From NCBI GenBank assembly GCA_964016885.1, contig OZ024758.1:22320001-22384000 (forward strand): 64,000 nucleotides of DNA, read 5' to 3'. The notes under the pieces are model-generated. The model was not told the DNA's origin, searched no databases, and worked only from the letters and a program-made list of their open reading frames with translations. The stretch comes from Eledone cirrhosa. Its lineage: Eukaryota. This document shows, in pieces, positions 53,779 through 64,000 of the stretch. The position numbers and the translations under genes were made by a program. How positions within the stretch are numbered: the first letter of the stretch is position 1; each line of letters starts with the position of its first letter.

Positions 53779-55339
53779 CTATTGTACATATGTCATATAG
53801 CAAGAAGAAGAATGTACATGATGTATTTACACCCAAGAGAATGCTATCCTCTGTGACAATGCTGTCAGTGTGTTGGCTTACGTAAAAGATTATCAGAGAG
53901 GTAACTTCTGCACCCCTTGCTTGTGATATGTGATTTAGAGGGTCTTACATGGTCATTTCATGAGAAGGCTATTCCATTGATTGAATTAACTGGAACACTC
54001 GACATCAGAAATGATGGCGGCCCATTCCATTATTTCCTATCTACAAACATGATTAGAGTACTTTTCATTAACAAATATAATTAATCTCCAAAACATTGAA
54101 TGTGATCTGAAAATCTAACATTTTAATGATCAGAAATAGTGGCTAAACCCTTTAGCATTTAAACTGGCTGTATCCGGCCAGAGTTCTCTCACCTGTTTAA
54201 ACTAGCTGTAACTGGCTTCTCGTACTTATGTTAAGGTATTGTTCTCAAAATGAATAATATCAAAATCTCATAGATTCAATATTATGTGGGATAATTATGT
54301 GAGATAAAGCCTTTATATGAAAATATAATAATATATATAGAGCAATGTAAATGCTAAAGGGTTAAATGTTCTTTTTTCATTGAAGCCTGGCTAAATAGTT
54401 TCCTGCCAGATTTCAGATACTGGTGAGGTGCTTTGAACGATTAAGCCAAGGGATTGTGCCATCTCTTACCAACTTAAACTTGATAGCCGAATCACAGCTT
54501 TTAAATGTCAAGAAACATCAGGTATTCATAGCCAATCTCTAAGACTTTTAGGTAAAAGTCTGAGACAGAGAGATTGGCTTTGTATATTCTAAGTTAAACA
54601 TTGCTAAAAAAACAAAAAGAAAGATACAAATTATATTAGTAAATAAATATCATCATCATTGTTTAATGTCCATTTTTCACACTAGCATGGGTTAGATGGG
54701 TTGTCCCATTTGAGGCAAGTTGGGTCAGGTCACTGTATCCTGCTCATACAGAACTGTTAGAAAGATACAAATTATATTAGCAAACAGATATATCCATGTA
54801 TTTCATTTTGAGACAGTAACTACAGCAGATGGAACGATTTGTGCTGCATTAACTGACAGGAGGAGACAAGTGAGATATAATGAAAGAAGAGGAGAGAGAG
54901 AGAGAGAGAAAGGAGGGGGGAGGGGAAGAGAGTGATCAAAGGAAAATAGCAGAAGTAGAGTAAAATAGCAAGTAAAAACATTTTATCAAAATAGAAGTGT
55001 TTTAGCTATGGATATGTATAAATATGATAAGAGGAGAAAATGCACACAGTTACATATCACAAACAGACAAATACATTCTTACCTCATCAGCCACCTTACT
55101 GGCAGTGCAGTTTCGTGCATTAAGGTGTTAGTGCACTTCTGATGCTAGTTTGTGCAACAGAATAGAGCCTGTTCAGTTGGTATGATGCATGGGAGAGGAT
55201 AACAAAACAAAGAATGGACAAGAAAATATTTTTTCTTTGATAGTGAGGCCTTCAGGTGTTTATTGTACATAAACATATTGCATGTTTTTACCTCCCACCC
55301 CTATTGTGCACAATGCTATCATGGTGCTACTGCCAGTAT

Positions 55340-55375
<36 letters not shown>

Positions 55376-55423
55376 CACACATACATATTTAATATTATAT
55401 ACAACATCATCATATATATATAT

Positions 55424-55960
55424 ATCATCATCATCATCATTTTACGTTTGCTTTTCCCTGCTTGAAAGGGTGGGATGGGTCCTCTTCAGCACAGCCTCTC
55501 TCCATTCATCACGGTCCCTCATCATCTCCTCTGTGAGCTTCAATGATCTGAGGTCAGCTCTCACCACCTCCGCCCATCTTTTTCGTGGTCTTCCTTCACC
55601 GAGATTTCTTGGCACTTCTTTACCCAGCGGTCATCTTCCATGCACATCACATAGCCACACCAATGCAGTCTTCTCTCTCACACACTACAGTTTGTCCCTC
55701 TTATACACAGTTTCATGCTCAACTCGTCTATGCTTGGTCATTCATGCACATTGACACTGCACATCCATTGGAGCATGCTTGCTTTATTTCTCTCCAGCCT
55801 TCGCATATCCTCTACAGTTGCTGCCCATGTCTCACTACCATGTAGCATCGCGCATCTCACACAGGCATCATACAACTGACCTTTCGTTCGTAGGGAGAAA
55901 CCCTTTGTTGTCAACAGAGGAAGCAGCTCCCTAAACTTCTTCCATCCTGTCCTTATTCTC
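55424..55960 (-). mobile_element. RTE LINE 3' fragment including 3' tail
   Basis: RIRTGWKKFRELLPLL..LYDACVRCAMLHGSETWA..MLQWMC..RRLHWCGYV; (GAT)n tail; degenerate relative at about 56380-56950. Confidence 0.85.
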
Positions 55961-58917
55961 TCTCTCTCTCTCTCTATACATATATCTATATCTATATATC
56001 ATCATCATTTAACGTACATCTTCCACACTAGCACGGGTTGGACGGTTTGTCCCACTTGAGGCAGGTTTTCTACAGCTGGATGCCCTTCTTTACACCAACC
56101 ACATTTGCAGTGTGGACTGGGAGCCTTTTCACCATGTCTCCTACACGTCCACCTTACAGTGTGGACTGAGTGCTTTTTGTTGTGTCACCTACACGACCAC
56201 TTTACAGTGGACAGAAATGGGAGGATGGAGTAGGGTGTGGGGGTGGGGTGTATATTGGGTTAAGAGATGCCTACTGACTGTAGGTTTAAGTTTGTATGCT
56301 TTAAAGAGGTTGGAAGGGCATTCAGACATTAAAAAAATTGCCAAACAAAGGGAGGACCCTTCAGTTTTGTCAAGGATGCTTGGTTTACTTCTATTGCAGC
56401 TTCCTCTCACTGGAATTTCCTGGCACTTCTTCATTCAGCAATCATCATCCTTGCACATCATATATCTATACTGATGCAGTCTTCTCTCTTGCACACATTT
56501 AATTCCTCTTATGCCAAGTTTTTGTCTCAGCTCGTCTACACTTCACCATTCATAAATATTAACATCCCACACCCACGGAAGTAAACTCACTTCCTTTCTC
56601 TATAGCCTTTGCATATCATCTGCATTCACTGCTCATGTCTCGCTTCTATGCAATATCAAACTTTGCATGCAGGCATTATACAGTCAGTCTTTTGTTCATG
56701 GAGAGAAACATTTTATCTTCAGAAGATGTAGCTCTCAGAAAATTTTCCCTCCTGTTCTTTTGTATTCTAGCTTTTCTATTGCTAATTAGAGGAGGGGAGA
56801 AACGTTTTATTGTCAGCAGACCTCAAAAATGTTTCCATCTTGTCCTTATTTTAACTTCTTTATTGCTAATTAGAGGAGGGTAGAAACATTTTATCATCAG
56901 CAGAGGAAGTAGCTCTTTAAAATGTTTCCCATTGGTTCTTATTCTAACTTCTCTATTACTAATTAGAGGAGGAGGTTCTTATAGTTATGGTATTTCCTGA
57001 TTTACTTCCTCTTCATAATTCAAAATATCTGGAATCTACAATAAAGGCATTGGTAACAGTTGGGGTGTGGTGGCAGGAGGTGATGTTTCCTATGAAGTAA
57101 TGTTTGTCAACTATTTGTATTCTGCAATCACAACTTTGTTTTCTAATCTAAATGTGATGTCAGATTACTGTTAACTCTTTTGATACCAGACTACCCGAAA
57201 CAGCTGAAAACCGCCCTTGGGTCTGTGATACAGAACTCTTTGTTTCAAAATGTTTGTGTTTATTTTAAAAAAACATCCACCATAATTTTATATATGGACC
57301 ACGTTTAAGCAATGTTCCAAATACCAACTTATTAATGACTAAGTTAGTTATTGTACTAACCCCACCCCCAAATTATTGATCTTCTTCATCCACTAATTCC
57401 TGAGAGGGTCATGGGGGAAGAGTCGTCAAACACGCCTTCCAGTGGGTCCTGTCAGAAGCAACGGTCTCCAACTGATCCAGCTAGATCCCCAAGTGAGACT
57501 AGCCAAGCTCATGGATGTTATCCAACCATCTTTCTCGGGGTCTACCCCTGGGTCTCCTGCTGGTTGGTTTTGTCCATAAAATCTGTCCAACAATTCTTTC
57601 CTGAGACATTCTAACCACATGCCCATAGTACTGGATTATTTTCAAAATTATTTGAAAGCCCCAGGGACCATATTTCATTAAAAGTATGGTAACAATAAAG
57701 TTAAGCTATGCAGATAACTAGGATCATGTAATCTCTTTAGAAAACAATATATAAATTAATGAAAAAAAGGTTTACACAAAAAAGGAAACCTTTAATGGAG
57801 TTGATTCTGTTGTAAGCATTTCAAACATACTGTCAATTTACTCCCAGCTCACATTTAGGTTACAAACATTGACCTGAAGATGTTCCACGTAGGTATCAAC
57901 TCTAAAAGTCTCATCAGTCTGTAGAAGGTTTGTACTGTCACTCCTTGTCTGACTAAATTGTTAACTCTTTAATGATTGTTTTTTCTAATGAAATACACTC
58001 TATTTCAATTAAGTAATGAGCAATTTTGAGGAATTTACTAAAATTATTAATTATTTCATTACTAAAATTGTAACTTAATATATGGTCCTTGTGTAAAATT
58101 TTGTTAAAAGATTTTAATTTTAATAGGAACCCTTTAAAATGGAGACGAGATGAGCTCCACCAGGTTTAACCCTTTAGAATTTAAACTGGCCATATCCAGC
58201 CAGAATTCTCTCACCTCTTTCTGTTCAAACCAGCTATAGCTGGCCACTCATACTGATGTTAAGGTATTGTTCTCAAAATCTCATAGATTTGATATTATGT
58301 GAGATAATTATGTGAGGTAAAGTCTTTACCATGAAAATACAATAGTAAATATAGAGTAATGTAAATGCTAGAAGGTTAAGAATGCTTTAGAAACACCATA
58401 TCACAATATGGCGTTCCTACAACTCCCTTAGGAGTTACGGGACCAAACAAAAGTTAAATTAAAATAGTTTTTATCAGTAATGTACTTTAAAAATGTAAAT
58501 GAACATTTTCCACCCTTGTATCCTTTGACATTTATGAGTAATCTATTCGTTGTTATGTTTAAAATTCTGACAATGTTATTATCAGACCAAGGCACCATAA
58601 GTTTAAAGTTTGAAGGCAACACAATTCAGATGAATTATAAAAAAAATTACTGTAATATTAAATACTTTCTTTGCCCCTTTGTAATTTTCATGTGTTATGA
58701 GTAGTAATCTACATGTTTTTATGTTGAAAATCCAGACAATTTTATCATCAGATGCAGACAGCACGAGTTTAAAGTTTGAATAAAAGGTAACACAGTTCAC
58801 CTGAATTATATTATGATATCAAATATTTTATTTTATTTTAATTTTTAACCCTTTCGCTACCAACCGGCTCAAAACCACCCCTGGTTCTATGGAACAAAAC
58901 CATGCTTTTCACTCTTG

Positions 58918-60185
58918 AAAGGTTGATGTTATTCCTCTTCAAAGTGGTCTTTAAACCACTTCTTTGGTCCTTCAGTCAGGCAATGACCATGGAGTAGCTG
59001 ACCATAGAGGATCGTGCAAGGGAGACGCTAGTTTCAGACGTGTTCACTACATGTCCGAACCATCTCAGTTGATATTGGTCTAGTGTGGAGACAATGCTGG
59101 GAGTTACAGGTTCAGTGGAGGATTTCTGTGTGTGCAGTTTTATCTCACTAGGTGACTGAAAAGGCCTTCTGGTGAAACTGTATATTAATGGCTTTGTGGA
59201 CCTTAGTATATAAAGTTTATGTGGTACATGTCTCTCTCGTACCCACAGCAGAGCATGGAAACGCAGACTACCCGGTAGACAAGAACCTTGTTATGAAGCC
59301 TTGAGACGGTTGTTTAGAAAGATCCTCTTTCTGCGCCTTCAAAAAGCAACAGAGGTCTGTCTGAGGTAATTTCAAATTTTCTCTTCCAGTGTGCAGTCAT
59401 TGGAAATTATCCTGCCAAGGTATTTGAAAGAATATGACTGTGAATACACTTTATCGAGTAACGTTACTCCAAAGACCCTTTGGAGAAATCCCATTTCTCC
59501 AAAGGGTCTTTGGAGAAACGTTACTCGATAAAGTGCATAGCCTGGAGAGCAGGGAGTCACTTCAGGTAGAGCCGCTACTTCTCCGAAATGAGAGATCACA
59601 GCTATTGAGAGATCATATACTAGGAGCATATGGTTAGAACGTTTCAGGAAAGAATCATTGGACAGATTTTATGGGCAAAACCAACCAGTAGGACACCTAG
59701 GGGTATACCCCCGAGCAAGATGGTTGGATAATATTCATGAGCTTGGCTGGTCATGCTTGGGGATCTAGCCGGACCAGTTGGAGACGGCTGCTTCTGACAG
59801 GATCTGCTGGAAGGAGTGTTTGAGGACTTTGCCCCTACCTACACCCTCCCAGGAATAAGTGGACGAAGAAGAAGAGAAGAAGAAGGTATTTGAATTGAGT
59901 GGATGTGGTGGTCAGTTGTGGCTGTTTTATTGAGAAAGATGGGAAGAGAGAGGGTGATGTAGTGTGCCCATGACTGATGACTTTAGTTTTCTGGACGTGA
60001 ACAGTCAGGTTCAACCTTTTATAAGCAGTAACTGCTGCTGGGGTGACGGCTTTTAGGGCCTTTGTTGTTTGAATTGCCAGAGCGTAGTTATCAGCATATT
60101 GTAGTTCAGTGGTCTCTCCATATCTAAGCATAGTGGTAGTCTGCAGTATTTAGATGTTGAAAAGGTTCCCATCAAGAATAAAATT
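58918..60185 (-). mobile_element. RTE/BovB-like RT fragment interrupted by another RTE insertion
   Basis: DGNLFN..ELQYADN.AL..KTKV..FKYLG.IIS; 12-bp TSD aaggtatttgaa at 59417-59428 and 59883-59894. Confidence 0.8.
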
Positions 60186-60216
60186 CGTAAATACCTGGAT
60201 TTATCTAGTAATTATT

Positions 60217-60672
60217 TTCCCAGCCTGTGGCGTTCGAGACGTTTGGTGGAGTTGGGTCGCTGACAGCGAAGTTCTTGTCATCGCCGGCGGCTCGCCTTAC
60301 CGAGGTGTCAAGTGATGCCCGTGAGGGTGCTTGGTTCTTTCAGCGCCTTAGCCTCGCCATCACTCATGGTAATGTTGCCAGTGTATTGGCTTGTCTCAAA
60401 GTGTTCCATTAACCCTTATGATGTGATGTGCGGCCGATTGTCGCACTTGGTGGTGAATTGATGGTCGTTTTCGTTTTTGTTACCTCTTCCTTTTTTTCTT
60501 CTTTTTTCTCTTTTATGCGTTTATATTTGTGTCCATCAACGACATTATATTTGTAATGTTCTTCTGAACGAATTGCAAGCAATTTATAATATTATTTATG
60601 CATTTGTAATGTTATCTATGCATTTGTAATGATATTTATACAACTGTAAATAAAAAGTTTATAAATAAATAA
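60217..60672 (+). mobile_element. CRE-like (restriction-like endonuclease) non-LTR element 3' end
   Basis: PVAFETFG..G..AKFL..RL..DAREGAWFFQRLSLAITHGN.ASV motif, then AT-rich 3' UTR with AATAAA repeats. Confidence 0.7.
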
Positions 60673-63023
60673 AATGTTTCTAATGATTTCCGTCTCCCTT
60701 TCTATCCTTCTGTGTTAGAACATATTCACACAATTGAGGGAAATATTGAACAGTATAGAAGCCAGAACATAATCTTGTCTGACTTTTGTTTTTCATTGTA
60801 ATAGCGATGGTGGCGTGTCTCTGCATTATTTTTAATTTTACTAATAAAACTACGAAACTAAACAAAAAATAATTCTTTCATACTCACAGAAAAATGTTGC
60901 TTTATTTCTTTTTTACGTAAATAATATTTCCACGGATAAATTCTCCGAATGTATCTATAAACACATGCAATAATATATAATCTTCTTCGGTAGTATCTGA
61001 ATTTCTAAGACAGAATTTTAACTCTTCGTATTTGAACGGTTCAGAATCACGTTAGAGTTACCTCCCTGGAAAATCCAATACTTACGCTTGTTGTCTTTTC
61101 TAGGTGTCACTAAAAGCTGTTAAATACACATTCACCGTCGTCAACAGTGGTGTGTGTTTTATGAACAAGCAACCGAAGAAGTCTTGTTTTCATCAGTGAC
61201 AAACTGGCCTCATCTTTCAACAGTTATGAGGCTTAAAGTCTGAAATTCTGTGAGGAGTTGGTTGAGGGCATTGCATAAGGGTCTACCAGAATAATTTCGA
61301 CAATGGGCGTGACCCCAACTGATTTAATTTCAATTAACACTTTCAACTGGCAGAAATTAATACAGCTTATATATTTCGTAAGTTTCTTTAAATTAATATT
61401 TATTTATTTTTTGTTATTTATGTAATCATAGCTATTAATAATAATGTTTAACTTCATAAGTGCGTACTTTGAAAGTGAACATTGTTTTCAAAAAAGCTAA
61501 GTAATAATCGTTTAAAAAGCAAAACAAACTAGTGTTGATATACTATTTATTTAATTAACACCCTTTATCAATTTTAGTTAAAACTCTGTTTTCGTCTCTG
61601 TTTTATTTATTTAAAACACTGTTTTTGTAGATATTCCGTTTAGTTAAAAACACTCTTTTTATGGCTATTTCACTTTTTCTTTGTCTTGCTATTTACACTT
61701 GTTACAAGTCTCGTTATATTTACATCGGTTCTCTTTGTCGTAGCGTGGTAAGAGCAAGGTAAACGTAGATTTCTTCCAAACCTGGTTTCTAACTAACTAA
61801 TGAGTCAACAAAAGAGCTTCTACATGGTTGTTCAACCCGCTAAAAATAGCAGTCAAATCGACATCATATTACACAGTACCGTGTTAAAAAAAAGAAGAAA
61901 AACCACGATGGACAGTTTGGTCCTAAGTAGAGTATGCTTATAAAAAGTTGGGATGGTTATCGCAGGAATGTATTGTTATAAGCTGGTTTGATCAGGGCTG
62001 ATTTAGAGCTAGACAATAACAACAACAACAATAATAATAGTTGTAACCTTTCAATTGCTTCGTTAATGCCCTTGATGAAGATCTGAATGAATCAGTTTGT
62101 CTTAATGTACACGTTAAACCTCGATTCCATGTTTTGTAGACATTTCAATTCCCGTCGTTTATGTCACTAAAATACTCTCACGCTAAATATATCACTCAAC
62201 ATCAATTACGAATCTTAGATCTTCAGTATGATTAATGACTGATCACTTCTGTTAATGTTGTTTCACTTAATTTAGAGTAATATTTAGTTTAAAACCGAAC
62301 ATTGTAACAGTAAATCATGCCGCTGGCACCATTTCTGGCAATTGACTGTCGTTTGGTCCTAAGACCTCGCAGATTCGATTTCGATACTTAGTTGAAAACA
62401 GTTGACTAGTAACATTATTGATGTTTTTTATGAAATGAATGAACGTAGTACGACCTCACACATCATATTTCTCAATAATAGTGGGATATTTTTTTCTTCT
62501 GATTCTTCAAAACACGACATGGTGCCCAAAACACGACATGGTGCCATTCCAATCTATGTTAGTTGCAAATTATTAAAAAATATATTCAATTATTGGTGAT
62601 TTTGTTAAAGTTATCTCCCTCGCTTATTGTCTTTGTAATTCTAAGCACGCCTAGAGGAAGAATTTGACTATTAATTGCTTGTATAATTTCATTTAATCAA
62701 AGCTGTTCAACTACCACGTATTACATACGTGTGTGAATCTCTAACCTGTTTGTGTTTTGTATACAAAACGCTCCTCTGCGGCATGCACCCCCCTCTAGAT
62801 TCATTAGAAATCTGATATTGTTTTCCCTCTGGTCGTATTTGTAGAGCTGAAGTACGATATTTTTCATGTTTAACGTATTTGTTTATGGATACCTAACCTA
62901 ACCATGTGTTGGAATATTTTTCTTTTCACATCGAAAGTCTGAAAGTTTAACCATTGCTCTATGTCTGCACATATACGTAATTTTACTCAATATGAAATGT
63001 ACATTGCAACACACACACACACA

Positions 63024-63152
63024 GGCCCTTTATGGTCTGAGTTCAAATCCCGCCGAAGTTAACTTTGCCTTTCATCCTTACGGGGTCGATCAAATAAAGT
63101 ACCAGTAATACACTGGAATAATTGCTGGCCTTTTGCCAAAAGTAGAAACAAC
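63024..63152 (+). mobile_element. 5'-truncated family B SINE
   Basis: B-box, central domain and tail. Confidence 0.8.
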
Positions 63153-63231
63153 TATATATATATATATATATATATATAAATGGTAAACAGAAATATATAT
63201 ATATATATATATATATGTAAATGGTAAACAG

Positions 63232-63274
<43 letters not shown>

Positions 63275-63583
63275 GGGTGTTATATATATATATATATATA
63301 TATATATGTAAATGGTAAACAGAAATATATATATTATATATATACACACACACAGGGTGTTGCCCAAAAATGTATACACACTTCAACAGCATTCTAATAA
63401 ATATTGCCTGTACAGGTAGTCAAAGTGAATACATTTGGGGGGTGTCACCCTGTGTGTATATATGTGTGTGTGTGTTGAATTGTACATTTCATATTGAGTA
63501 AAATTACGTATATGCGCAGACAAAGACAAATGGTTAAACTTTCAGAATGACAGCATCTTTCTTAATATTCTTATACACACACG

Positions 63584-63647
<64 letters not shown>

Positions 63648-64000
63648 CACATAAAGTGTGTGTGTGTTGTATTGTATTATATACAGTTATATTTAAATCA
63701 ATATTTGATATGAAACCTGACATTTACGTCGAAGTTTAAAGTGAAAGTAGTCATAAAAATACTTCGTCTTCGGGTCTTATTGTTTACATAATTTATATTA
63801 GTGTTTTCTTTTTAAAGTCTTAGTTTTTGACACCATAACAAACTTCACAAGTGATTAATGCTTTTATTTTTATTTTACAATAATGAATTGACAAGATACA
63901 AAACGGGAACAAAAACTTCATTTACTTTGTTTAATTTCATTGAAATATATTAACACACATTTCCCAGCCCACTTTAAATCGATAAAATGTATCTAAAATG

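Noticed and set aside
60680-61250. Exons suggested by minus-strand GTAAGT/GTGAGT donors
   Set aside because: The main candidate has stops in all frames and no recognisable homology; could be UTR/lncRNA but is unsupported

Overview
AT-rich eukaryotic DNA dense in repeats; the SINE content and microsatellites suggest an octopod cephalopod (inference). No intact protein-coding gene is supported: all long ORFs come from tandem repeats or decayed non-LTR retrotransposons. The window holds tRNA-headed SINEs, RTE/CRE/Ingi-like LINE fragments, and piggyBac-, hAT-, Tc1/mariner- and Helitron-like non-autonomous elements. It also holds three TE-internal tandem arrays (25, 73 and 117 bp units) and many fold-back palindromes. 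The main signal is about 16 intact or partial type I hammerhead ribozyme motifs from at least five unrelated sequence families. They lie in short non-coding elements embedded in (TA)n tracts, in tandem or inverted pairs, consistent with Penelope-like/retrozyme-like mini-elements. Coordinates were counted by eye, and structures and family names are unverified predictions.
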